DNA of 64,000 bases, taken from assembly GCA_050952625.1 (NCBI GenBank), contig JBMNLH010000001.1, forward strand, positions 1,600,001 through 1,664,000, in the 5' to 3' direction. Of the stretch, positions 23,650 through 34,012 are shown piece by piece (the stretch's first letter is position 1; each line of letters starts with the position of its first letter). The DNA is from Bacillota bacterium. Lineage in GTDB: Bacteria > Bacillota > Ch66 > Ch109. Under the pieces are notes generated by a model. The model saw only the letters and a list, made by a program, of their open reading frames with translations. It was not told where the DNA came from and searched no databases. The position numbers and the translations under genes were made by a program.

Positions 23650-23967
23650 TCATCCCTTGACAAAGTATAATTTCCGGCCAAACTCTTCGATAAAAAGACC
23701 AAGCAATTCTTCAAAGTTAGTGTTTGGCGCGAAAACTCCCTGGTAGCTTCCTTGTTGAGAAAATATTTCAAGTTCCATTACTTTAGCTTTTTTTTGATTC
23801 AGACTAATAGAGATTATATCGGAGTCGTTGATAACGATTTGATTAAGTTCTCCGCCTTCTGGAATATCTTGGATTAATGGCGTTAATCTTATTTGCTTTT
23901 TCGCCAAAATCAATATATATGGGTGAGTTTTAAAAAAGCCAGATTTTAATTTTAATAAATAGGACAT
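23650..23967 (-). CDS. Hypothetical protein
   Basis: 105 aa ORF with upstream GAGGTGG SD; no recognised domain. Confidence 0.6.
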   Translation of the reverse strand: MSYLLKLKSGFFKTHPYILILAKKQIRLTPLIQDIPEGGELNQIVINDSDIISISLNQKKAKVMELEIFSQQGSYQGVFAPNTNFEELLGLFIEEFGRKLYFVKG

Positions 23968-24108
23968 AACGCCACCTCTGGATAAATCATATCAACCTAA
24001 CCTGAAAAGCAAAATGCCTTTGCCGGATGTGGCAATGCCAAATCTTTGGCACGATTTGTGACAAACCGTTTGCGCTTGTAGTTATGCTCTGGCAGAATAT
24101 ATTATGGG

Positions 24109-25656
24109 GTGATCCTAATGAACTTTGGCGAAAAACTTGATTTTCTAATGAACATCACTAATACGACGAACAGTGCTCTAGCTCTTTCAGTTTCTCTGGA
24201 TTCCTCTTTTATTAGCCGTTTACGCCGAGGAGTACGTGTCCCGGCTAAAAAAGAAAACTATCTCAAGGCTATGGCCACCTATTTTGCTCGTCATTGTCAA
24301 GCTGAATATCAAAAAGTTGCCTTAGCCGGGCTGCTAAAAATTGACCATACAAATCTACCAACAGATATAGAAAAAACGGCAGAGCTGATTTACGAATGGT
24401 TTTTACAAAAAAGCCGGGATGAGCAAAAATCAGTAGAAAGTCTGGTTGATGGTTTAAGGCAGTTTAAATTTAAAAAGCCCCTACCAACTGATGTTCCCGA
24501 TTCTTTGAACATTACTGAACCTGGTAACGTTAAGAACCCGGTATTCTATGGAACAAAAGGCAAGCAGGAAGCAGTCATTCACTTTTTATCTCTTGTCTTG
24601 AAAAACAAAAGACCTCAAACACTGCTTCTATACAGCGATGAGGACTTAGACTGGTTAACTCTAGACCCGGAGTTTACTGTAAAATGGTCGGTCCTTTTAT
24701 CACAGGTAATTATGGGTGGCAATAGGATTAAAATAATCCATGTAATAAACCGCAGTCTTGACGAGATGTTGCATGGAATTGAAAAATGGCTCCCAATTTA
24801 CATGACCGGGGCCATTGAACCATATTATTATCCGAAAAGTCGTGATCGAGTATTTAGACGCACTCTTTTTATAGCCCCTGATACAGCGGCTGTTGTTTCA
24901 TCCTCCGTAGGCAATAAGACAAAAGAAGCGGCCAATTTTCTTTTTACCGATAATAAGACGATTGCTGCGCTTACCCAAGAGTATAACGACTACTTAGCCC
25001 TATGTCGTCCGCTGATGCAAATCTTTACACCGTTCAACAATGCAGGTTGCCTTGATACCCTAGCCGAATTTGAGGAAGAAGAAGCTGACAGCATCATAAA
25101 AACTGACTCACTTTCCAGTATCACCATGCCGCCATCGGTAGTTGAAAGTATTCATCAACGATTACCTAAAGACCAAAGAGACCAAATCCTAACTTACCAC
25201 CAAACAAGGAGTAAGAACTTCCAACAGAAACTAAAAAATTATAATTTCACTGAAATAATTACTATGCCTGACATACAATCTATACAAAGGCACAAGGTTA
25301 AAATTGGCTTATCCGATCTGCTGATTGACACTGAACTCTTCTATACACCAGAGGAATTTCGTCGTCATCTCCAAAATATTATTCAGTTACTTCAATCCTA
25401 TGCTAACTTTAAAGTTTATCTGGTTCCCCGTGTGAAAACAACCGGTGCCCTGATTTATGTTAAAGAGGACGTCGGTATCTTGATAGCCAAAACCTCTTCG
25501 CCGCCGGTGGTTTTTGCGATAAACGAAAGCAATATGACTGCTGCATTTTGGGATTATATGAACTTGATGTTAAGTAAGACAGCAAAAAAGAAGCAAGAAA
25601 AAAGGCAAACTATTTGCGAGTCGGAAAAAATCATCGATGAATTAAATTATGAGTAA
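24109..25656 (+). CDS. XRE-type HTH transcriptional regulator with large duplicated C-terminal region
   Basis: N-terminal FGEKLDFLMNITNTTNSALALSVSLDSSFISRLRRG HTH; divergent from the S-layer gene. Confidence 0.75.
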   Translation: MILMNFGEKLDFLMNITNTTNSALALSVSLDSSFISRLRRGVRVPAKKENYLKAMATYFARHCQAEYQKVALAGLLKIDHTNLPTDIEKTAELIYEWFLQKSRDEQKSVESLVDGLRQFKFKKPLPTDVPDSLNITEPGNVKNPVFYGTKGKQEAVIHFLSLVLKNKRPQTLLLYSDEDLDWLTLDPEFTVKWSVLLSQVIMGGNRIKIIHVINRSLDEMLHGIEKWLPIYMTGAIEPYYYPKSRDRVFRRTLFIAPDTAAVVSSSVGNKTKEAANFLFTDNKTIAALTQEYNDYLALCRPLMQIFTPFNNAGCLDTLAEFEEEEADSIIKTDSLSSITMPPSVVESIHQRLPKDQRDQILTYHQTRSKNFQQKLKNYNFTEIITMPDIQSIQRHKVKIGLSDLLIDTELFYTPEEFRRHLQNIIQLLQSYANFKVYLVPRVKTTGALIYVKEDVGILIAKTSSPPVVFAINESNMTAAFWDYMNLMLSKTAKKKQEKRQTICESEKIIDELNYE

Positions 25657-25897
25657 AAAACGGCACAAAACGCAAGATTATCAATAGTCTATAATTACCC
25701 GCCAAAATAGGCTGATTCACAGCTATACTATTGCATTCTCTAAGCCTGAATCTGCCAAAAAGAAATGGAAGATCGGGATAAATCCATCCCGGGTTCGAAC
25801 CCTTGTTTTATGGTCACTCACAAAACAAGCCGCCCCACAAGCCATAAAATGGCCTAGGGCGGCTTTGCAGTGGTTTTTTAATATAACATAGTGCCCA

Positions 25898-27002
25898 CTA
25901 TTCAGCCAACTGCTGAAGCAGTTCGGCTGAAGGTTCGTTAGGGATCACCGCGATTGTTTGTCCATTATACCCAAAGATATTCTGGTTATCATTAGTAATT
26001 TCCCCGATCACCGCCGCTAACCCTTGCTTACTGCGAATAGCAGCTAATACCTCGTCAACGTCACTCGGGGCAACCTGCAGCAACATACGGGCCTGGGTTT
26101 CACAAATCATTATTTCTTCCGGACTAATATCAGTTACTCGCACTGGTGCTTTGGACAATTCAACCCTGGCCCCCAGGCCGCCAAAACGGGCTGATTCGCA
26201 GACAGCGGCCCCGATCCCAGCGGCTCCTAAGTCAGAACAAGCTTTAATTTTTCCAGTCGCAAAGGCCGCCAAGGTAGCTTCCATCGTCTGCCGTTCTTCT
26301 TTAAAAAGAGCAATGGCTGGCTGCATTGTTGATACTAATCCAGCCCTATATAGAGTATCATTGCCATCGGTCCCGGTTTCCCCAATGATGATAATTTTAT
26401 CGCCGGCAGATTTCGCGGGCTTAGTTAAAGGTTTATCTGTCACCAGTTTGCCAATCACCGCTACGACGATGGCCGGCACAATATCGCTAAAAGAGGTGGA
26501 GAAACCGCCTCCAACCACAAAAACGCCCATCGTCTCACACATATCCGCCATGCCTTTAAGCATTAAATTAATCCTATCCTGACTGGTCATGACCTGGCAG
26601 TTGCCGCACGTACATTTACCTTCAAACCCACAAGGGCCAACAATAACTTCTTGTTCCAGCGGGCGGGTACCAATAAAATCAAGGAGGAACATTGGTCTAG
26701 CCCCCATGGCTACTACATCTCGCATGGCCCCCGCCAGCCCCGGTAGCGGCTGCATCATAAGGACGAGGTACCCCTGGGGAACAATGACTTTCCATCTTGG
26801 CAACCACAAAACAATTCTTATCCGGGATATTAAATACCGCTGCATCATCATTGGCATCAGGACCTACCAATAATGCTCCAGGCCATGTTTGGGCAACCTT
26901 TTGATTTAATTCTTTAAAAATTCCAAAGTCAATCGCCTTATCGATATTGTGATGCAGGTGAACAAACAGAGCGTGCATGAGTGCCTTTTCAACTTTATTC
27001 AT
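25898..27002 (-). CDS. AIR synthase-related (half-PurL-like) protein, frameshift near 26730
   Basis: DDAAV, KMESHCSP, PYDAAATGAGG, RDVVAMGARP, TGTDG, DLGAAGI, CETQARM are PurL/PurM-superfamily motifs. About 367 aa total. Confidence 0.75.
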
Positions 27003-27164
27003 CCTTCAATCCTCCTAATAAAATATGGTTAGTTATGCCCTGGCACTTAGAGATTCAATCATTTTAAGACCATGCTATATTTTAACACAGATCGGACTGA
27101 TTCTTTCTAATTATAGTATTTTAGCCGGTGTATTACCAGATTATTTCGCAGCCGGTCTCAGTAA

Positions 27165-27279
27165 GTGAACTCATCCAGCATCGCCGAACATCAGGGCTTC
27201 AGGTGGAGACTCAACTCCACCTGAAGTTTGAACAAGGTAACACCCGCTTAGAAGTAAGGGTGCTTTGAACTCAGATATA
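27165..27279 (-). mobile_element. Family A IS200/IS605-like non-autonomous element
   Basis: On the minus strand: CTGAGTTCAAAGCACCCTTACTTCTAAGCGGGTGTTACCTTGTTCAAACTTCAGGTGGAG...GAGTTCAC. Confidence 0.7.
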
Positions 27280-27340
27280 ACAAGTTGGCAGACGAAAAAG
27301 CAAAGGAATATTTATTAGTGTTTCGGAAAAATATAATAGA

Positions 27341-27390
27341 GAAGGATTCTTCGCTTCGCCCAGTATGACACGATACTAAAACCTATTTTT
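27341..27390 (+). repeat. Family B composite repeat, right half
   Basis: GAAGGATTCTTCGCTTCGCCCAGTATGACACGATACTAAAACCTATTTT matches 36786-36856. Confidence 0.65.
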
Positions 27391-27422
27391 AATAAAATTT
27401 AAATTAACGGGAGGTATCAACG

Positions 27423-27863
27423 ATGACTCAACTTACGCCTTACAACAGAAATCGGCACCCACACAGTCTTTTTGATGCAGAAAGCTTCTTTGACCGCTTT
27501 TTCAATGATGCATTCCTGCCATCTCTCTATCTGAACACTAGTCAGATGAGAGTCGATGTTAAAGAGAATGAAAGGGAATATATTGTTGAGGCGGATCTGC
27601 CCGGGATCAAGAAAGAGGAGATCGGAATTGATTTGCACGATAATCTGCTAACCATCTCGGTCGCTAGAAACGAGACAGTCGACGAAGAAAATGAGCGATA
27701 TATCAGAAAAGAAAGAAAATACGGCTCCATGTCTCGATCATTTACTGTAGCAAATGTGAATGAAGAGGCGATAAAAGCCCAGTTTGACAATGGAGTACTC
27801 AAGGTGATCCTTCCCAAGCTAAAACAAGAAAACACTAAAATCAAGAGAATCGAGATTCATTAA
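27423..27863 (+). CDS. Hsp20/alpha-crystallin small heat-shock protein
   Basis: RVDVKE, ADLPG, ERKYGSMSRSF, A.FDNGVLKVILPK; SD GGGAGG. Confidence 0.95.
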   Translation: MTQLTPYNRNRHPHSLFDAESFFDRFFNDAFLPSLYLNTSQMRVDVKENEREYIVEADLPGIKKEEIGIDLHDNLLTISVARNETVDEENERYIRKERKYGSMSRSFTVANVNEEAIKAQFDNGVLKVILPKLKQENTKIKRIEIH

Positions 27864-27992
27864 GTCGAAAATCTATTAGCCATTTATGTCCTAAGGTACA
27901 ACCACAAAGGAAAATAACTGAAATAACGTAGTATTTGCGTTTAAGAAAAGGCTTAAGTAAAAGCGGGTGTGACCATCACTCGCTTTACTGTT

Positions 27993-28102
27993 TAACCGCC
28001 CAATGTCCAAAAGACACAACCACTAATGAAAAATAGCGGACATATGTCATCTTATTAATTTTTTAGCTTCGCTGAGTATCGAGGTTTCAGATGGAGACTC
28101 TA
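27993..28102 (+). repeat. Family B left half (27993-28051) followed by a partial family A copy (28065-28102)
   Basis: TAACCGCCCAATGTCC...CACAACCACTAATGAAAAATAGCGGACATATGTCATC, then AGCTTCGCTGAGTATCGAGGTTTCAGATGGAGACTC. Confidence 0.6.
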
Positions 28103-28318
28103 TAGCTGTTTCATCGACCATTCTAGACGGATTACTGAAATTATTTTTTGTATTTATTTACATTTCGACAAAGTTTTTCAAAGGAATTTTTAAAATAATG
28201 TCAAATTATTTAAGACAATTAAGTATCTTCAGGAAACAACAGCAGTGCGGAGAATATCTAGCCAAGAACGTTTCAATATATGCTGGAAAAACTCTCTGGA
28301 ACGAAAGGAGAGTCGAAA

Positions 28319-30315
28319 ATGATAAATCAAACCCCAGATTATCTAACAGCAAACTCCATTATCGTAACATTACTTAAACGCAAACAAATAGAAAAGACCC
28401 TGGCTTTTCAGGCTGAGCTATTATCTAACGTACATGATGCCCTCACTGCTACCGACGAAAATTTCAATATCACCTATTGGAACAAAGGATCCGAAGAGCT
28501 ATTTGGCTGGACGGCTCAAGAAGCCCTGGGAAAACCCATTTTCGATTTATTTGGTAAAAATCAAGATGCTATAAACCAAATACTTATAAAAGGAAACTAT
28601 GAGGGTGAAATGTATTTTCGCCGTAAAGACGAGACATATATATTAGCTGAGATTCGTGCAAAAGCTATCCGCAGTCCGGAAGGTCAATTCAAGGGCGTTA
28701 TGACATCTAGCCGCGATATTACTGAACGCAAGCAGGCAGAAAAAGCACTGCAGGAAAGTGAAAAAAAATTCCGCACCCTCGTGGATCAAGCGGCTCAAAT
28801 GCTCTTTCTTCACGATGATGAGGGACACATTATTGACGTTAACCAAAAAACTGTTGCTCAGTTAGGTTATACCCGCGAGGAACTATTACAGATGCATGTT
28901 TTCGATTTGGACCCGGATGCTGACCAAAGAGACGATAAAAATTGGCTTTGGAAAAATTGGCCAACCGCGGGGAGGCAATCACCTTTGAAACTCGTCAACG
29001 GCGTAAGGACGGTTCTATCTACCCGGCCGAGGTAACTGCCTCTAAGATTGTTTTAAATGACACCACCTATGTGTTATGTTTGGTCCAAGACATAACCGAA
29101 CGCAAGCAGTTCGAAAAAGCATTGATCGATAACGAGATAAAATTTCGCGACCTGGCGGAGACCCTTCAATTAACTGATCGACGCAAAGATAAATTTTTAG
29201 CCATTCTCTCCCATGAGATCCGGAATCCGCTAGCGGCAATGAGAATGGCCTTGTCTCTCTTCGAACAAGACTCGTTGGATGGAGAACAAGCGAAAAAGGC
29301 TAAAGAAATCTTGAACCGTCAGGTTACTCACCTCTCTAGCCTAATAGATGATTTGCTTGATATTCCCAGAATTACCCAAAACAAAATTGTCCTGCAAAAA
29401 AAACAGTTAGAACTTAACGAGCTTGTTACTAAGACGGTTAAGAGTTTCCAGTTTCTCTTTCAAGAAAAGGGCATTCAACTGGAAATTAAATTAGCCCCAA
29501 CTTGCTTATATGTGGAAGCTGACGAAATCCGTCTAACCCAAGTGGTGGAAAACCTACTGCACAATGCGGCTAAATTTACAGCGAATAACGGAATTACTCA
29601 AGTAACCATATTCAAAGATAATTTACAGCAAAATGCGATCATTCAAGTTAAAGATAGCGGTATTGGGATGGAACCTGAGATGCTATCCCATATTTTCGAA
29701 CCCTTTATCCAAGCAGATACTTCGCTGGATCGCAGTGCCAGCGGTCTTGGACTTGGCCTGGCTCTAGTCAAGGATCTAGTCGAGTTGCATGATGGTAAAG
29801 TGACTGCTCACAGTGAGGGTTTAGGCAAAGGGTCCCGAATTCATTGTCTCACTTCCCCTAGTTAGCACTGTACAAGCCGAACAAGTGGCAATTGAAACAG
29901 ATAGAATCTTACCACCCAACACACAGCGCAGGAGACGAGTGTTAATTATCGATGATAATCGAGATATAGCTGAAATTCTCAGTTGCTTGCTCGAAAAAGA
30001 AGGCCATGAAGTGATGGTGGCGTATAACGGTACTCAAGGAATAGCCAATGCAAGACAATTCCGGCCTGAGGTGTTAATCTGCGACATCGATTGCCGGGTT
30101 TGGATGGCTATCAAGTAGCTCAAACCTTTAGGACTGATGAGGAACTGAAAGATGTCATCCGTATTTCTTTAACGGGATATACCCAACCCGAAGAACTCCA
30201 GCGCGCCCAAGAGGCCGGATTTCAATATCAACTATCGAAGCCGGTAGATCTAGAAACCCTAATCCAGGCACTGAACCAAATTGAGCCAGCCACTTCGGCG
30301 TCAAGTAATTCCTAA
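28319..30315 (+). pseudogene. Hybrid histidine kinase PAS-PAS-HisKA-HATPase-REC broken by three frameshifts (pseudogene or assembly errors)
   Basis: ORFs 28280-29035, 28942-29865, 29885-30118 and 30091-30315 give consecutive domains; SHEIRNPL, NLLHNAAKFT, SGLGLGL. Confidence 0.8.
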
Positions 30316-30406
30316 TTTATTGCCCATAACTCCGTAACCAAATTAGAATAAATGTTAATAACTTTGCTCATTGTCTTGTTTAATAACCTTTTAAAGAAAC
30401 AAAGAT

Positions 30407-31674
30407 CTAAAAAATTTCTTTTATCTTATTATTTATACTTTCTATCATGTGTGGATCAGCCCCTGGAACTATTGCATCAGTGAGCCCATATTTTTGTTTT
30501 AGTTTTAAGATTCGATAAACACTTTGATCTATCCGTTCCGGTGCAATCACCCCGTTTTCCGCCGCCATTTGAATAGCCTTAATTACTGCCTCTTGTTTAG
30601 CAAAATCATGACAGACCAAGATAATATCACTGCCTGCCTGGATTGATTTTACCGCGGCTTCGCCTATGTCATAATTGTTGACTATTGCCCCCATGGTCAT
30701 ATCATCAGTAATGACAACTCCGTCAAACTTCATGTTTTTTCTTAAGACATCAGAAATGATGATTTGAGAAAAAGAAGCCGGGTGGTTCGGATCAATTTTC
30801 GGCAGTTGGATATGAGCAATCATAATCGCATCCGCCCCACTCTTTATTACCTCAGCAAAAGGAATGAGTTCAAAACTGTTTAACCGATCCAAATCGTTGT
30901 TTACGGTAGGCAACCCAATATGCGAATCGACTGAAGTATCGCCATGGCCAGGAAAATGCTTGACGACCGAAATTATATTTTGTGACTGGATGCCTTTCAT
31001 GGTTTGTATGCCTAACTTGCTGACAACATCGGCCTTGCTTCCAAAAGACCGATCCCCGATCACTGGGTTTTTAGGATTGCTGTTAATATCTAAAACCGGG
31101 GCGAAATTTAGATTGAGGCCAAGGAGTTTTAGTTCTTCCCCTAAAATGCTGCCCACTCGATAGGAAAGCTGGTTATTGTTAAGCTGGCCCATCTTTTTGC
31201 TGGTCGGTAGTTTCAGAAACTCCTCAGGCAGCCGAGAAATCCGGCCGCCTTCTTCATCAATGGCTAGGAATAACGGTATTGGGTTAACAGAGTTTGTTTC
31301 TTTCAATGAGTTAATTAAAGCCAACATTTGCTTGGAATCCCTGATATTCCGTTTAAACAGCACCAAGCCGGCTACATGATATTCTTTAATCATCTTTTGG
31401 GCATAGTCATCATTTTCGTATCCCTCAACCCCCACCATCACTAATTGACCAATCTTTTCCTCAAGACTCATTTCCTTGATCTGAGCTTGGATGGGATCGA
31501 AATTTTGGCTATTGCCGTCAGAGTGACTGCCTGATGGATTATTTAGATTATTTTGCCCCGATGTGTTGATAGGTTGCCGTTAGGGTTTTCTAGATTAATA
31601 CCCTGAGCCGCAATGTACCCGATGACCAGGGAAAAGACAAGCAAAGATAGAAAAATGAAATGTTTTTTTGACAT
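30407..31674 (-). CDS. nagZ: GH3 beta-N-acetylhexosaminidase with N-terminal membrane anchor (frameshift near 31575)
   Basis: IDEEGGRISRL, KHFPGHG, DSH, ITDDMTM. Upstream ATG at 31674 with GGAGG gives MSKKHFIFLSLLVFSLVIG in a different frame. Confidence 0.85.
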
Positions 31675-31804
31675 TGACTTGTTTTCCTCCTAACCCTACT
31701 AACCACCCATGCCCAAGGACCCAACCACCAATGAAAATAACATCGGGAACGAACACATAGACCTAAGTTCAACATATAACTATAGTATAACAGGACTTTC
31801 TTTA

Positions 31805-31833
31805 TTGACAAAAGTTTTTCCTTAAGCTAGTAT
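31805..31833 (+). promoter_or_regulatory. SigmaA promoter of the trpB2 leader
   Basis: TTGACA-17 bp-TAGTAT. Confidence 0.7.
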
Positions 31834-31865
31834 AGGAAATATAGTATTAATAAAAATATAGAATA

Positions 31866-32122
31866 AACCATTGATTGAGAGTAGTAACATAAACCACTTT
31901 ATCTTAAGAGAGCCGCAGGTGGTGAGATTGCGGCGGTAAAGCTTATGCGAATGGACTCATGAGGGCGAGGCAGAAATTTTTTTAGAGTATGCTAGCCGGG
32001 AGACTTCACCCGTTATCCAGGAAGCGTGTATGTTAGTACACGAAATGAGTGGCGTTTTACGCAATTTGGGTGGTACCGCAGAGATAACAGTCTTTGTCCG
32101 ATAGAGGGCAAAGACTTTTTTT
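31866..32122 (+). ncRNA. T-box riboswitch, Trp specifier
   Basis: Stem I motifs AGTA, AGAGAGC, GGTGAGA; specifier GAA-TGG (31952-31954); T-box AATTTGGGTGGTACCGCAG (32063-32081); terminator AGTCTTTGTCC..GGGCAAAGAC followed by a T-run. Confidence 0.9.
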
Positions 32123-32146
32123 ATCTAAGTAATCCAAAAGAAAGGA

Positions 32147-33526
32147 ATGAAGACAATGGCAGACATCCCTTACAAGATTTTTTTAACCGAAGAGGAAATT
32201 CCAAAATACTGGTATAATTTGAAAGCCGTTATGAGAGAACTGCCCGCACCTTTTCTTAATCCGGGTACACTAAAACCCTGTACCGTCGAGGAACTTAATC
32301 ACGTATTCTGCTCCGAACTAGTCAGGCAGGAACTAAACACGACTGATCAGTACATCGAGATTCCGGAAGAAATCCGCAGCTTTTATAAAATGTATCGTCC
32401 GTCTCCCCTGGTCAGGGCTTACTGCTTAGAAAAGCAGTTGGATACCCCGGCGGAAATCTACTACAAGTTTGAGGGTACCAACACCTCTGGTTCCCACAAG
32501 TTAAACTCAGCCGCGGCTCAAGTTTATTTTGCCAAAAAACAAGGACTCACCAACCTGACTACTGAAACTGGGGCCGGTCAATGGGGTACAGCCTTGGCCA
32601 TGGCCTGCGCCTATTACAATATCCCTTTAACTGTCTATATGGTCAAAGTATCAGTAGAACAAAAGCCCTACCGGAAAGCAGTTATCGAAACCTACGGCGG
32701 AAAAATTCTGGCCTCCCCTTCTGACACAACAGAAGTAGGCCGAAAAATATTAGCCGAAAACCCGGGTACCGGCGGTTCTTTAGGCTGTGCCATCTCGGAA
32801 GCCATTGAAGTAGCTTTAAAGACCGAAGGATGCCGCTATGTCCTAGGCAGCGTGTTGGACCATGTTCTGCTGCACCAATCAATAATCGGCAATGAGACCA
32901 AGGTTGCTTGTGATAAATACAACATCAAGCCGGATATCATTATCGGTTGCGCTGGCGGCGGTTCCAACCTTGGCGGTTTAATCGCCCCCTTTATGGGCGA
33001 AAAGATTAAGGGTAAAAATAACATTCAGTTCATTGCGGTCGAACCGGCCTCCTGTCCATCCCTAACTAGAGGAAAATATGCCTATGATTTCGGCGATACC
33101 GGGAAAACAACCCCACTGATGAAAATGTACACCTTAGGCTCCGGCTTTATTCCCTCACCGAATCACGCCGGTGGGCTTAGGTACCACGGCATGAGCCCAA
33201 TTGTCTCTAGGCTCTATCATGACGGTTACCTGGAAGCGCGGGCGGTCGAGCAGACCAAGGTGTTTGATGCCGCTACCCTGTTTGCCCGCTGCGAGGGCAT
33301 TCTGCCGGCTCCTGAATCCGCTCACGCCTTAAAGGTAGCGATGGATGAAGCCCTTAAGTGCAAAGAGACCGGCGAAAAGAAGACCATCCTCTTTGGGTTG
33401 ACCGGCACTGGTTACTTCGATCTAGCTGCCTACATCAGCTATAACGAAGGCAGCATGACCGACTATATCCCCTCAGATGAGGAGCTGGAAAAAGGGTTTG
33501 CCACCCTGCCTAAGGTAGGGGTCTAA
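32147..33526 (+). CDS. trpB2: TrpB-like PLP enzyme (tryptophan synthase beta, TrpB2 type)
   Basis: GSHKLN PLP lysine, TETGAGQWG, GGGSN, HAGGLRYHG, PAPESAHA, and the long N-terminal extension typical of TrpB2. Confidence 0.92.
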   Translation: MKTMADIPYKIFLTEEEIPKYWYNLKAVMRELPAPFLNPGTLKPCTVEELNHVFCSELVRQELNTTDQYIEIPEEIRSFYKMYRPSPLVRAYCLEKQLDTPAEIYYKFEGTNTSGSHKLNSAAAQVYFAKKQGLTNLTTETGAGQWGTALAMACAYYNIPLTVYMVKVSVEQKPYRKAVIETYGGKILASPSDTTEVGRKILAENPGTGGSLGCAISEAIEVALKTEGCRYVLGSVLDHVLLHQSIIGNETKVACDKYNIKPDIIIGCAGGGSNLGGLIAPFMGEKIKGKNNIQFIAVEPASCPSLTRGKYAYDFGDTGKTTPLMKMYTLGSGFIPSPNHAGGLRYHGMSPIVSRLYHDGYLEARAVEQTKVFDAATLFARCEGILPAPESAHALKVAMDEALKCKETGEKKTILFGLTGTGYFDLAAYISYNEGSMTDYIPSDEELEKGFATLPKVGV

Positions 33527-33533
33527 CCGATAA

Positions 33534-33745
33534 TTGATTTAATTCGCAATACCCCCGCTACTATAAGTGGGGGTTACCTTGCATAATCAGAAAGTATAAG
33601 TGACTTTCTGATTATAAGTAAGTGCAACTAAAGCTTCCGCCTGCACCAAAGGCTTGGCGTAAGCCAAGTTTTCTTTATTTAAACTTCAGGTAGCGTAGAG
33701 TCTCCATCTGAAGCCCCGATGTTCAGCGTAGCTGAACAAGTTCAC
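33534..33745 (+). mobile_element. Family A element carrying a nested ~96 bp insert (33582-33677)
   Basis: TTGAT...CCCCGCTACTATAAGTGGGGGTTACCTTG-[insert]-TTTAAACTTCAGGTAGCGTAGAGTCTCCATCTGAAG...AAGTTCAC. Closely similar to 63457-63667. Confidence 0.75.
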
Positions 33746-34012
33746 TTCAGACATCAGAACATGAAAAAGTAGATCGCCTGGGTTATAAGGGTTCTTTTGA
33801 ACTCAGATCAATTCAAACCACCTTGAGCTTTATTACCCACCTGTTATTTCAGGCAGAATTACTGTATAACGGATAAGCTCTAGGTGGTCTTGTCTTAATA
33901 AGAAAAAATGTGAATTGAAAAATGCTTAACAAGCAACAATATCCTTAGTTGTGCACAATACCTTCTTATTCTCAAACCGCCATTGGGTAAGTTTTGAGGA
34001 GGGTTTTGGATA

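Noticed and set aside
24046-24062. Sigma54 promoter TTGGCAC
   Set aside because: The -12 TTGC element is missing at the required spacing; better explained as part of a palindrome.
25788-25805. tRNA T-arm-like CCCGGGTTCGAACCC
   Set aside because: No acceptor stem, D-arm, anticodon arm or CCA could be built around it.
33815-34012. yybP-ykoY riboswitch upstream of the P-type ATPase
   Set aside because: The AAGGGGAGTAGC consensus is absent; only a loose long-range inverted repeat is present.
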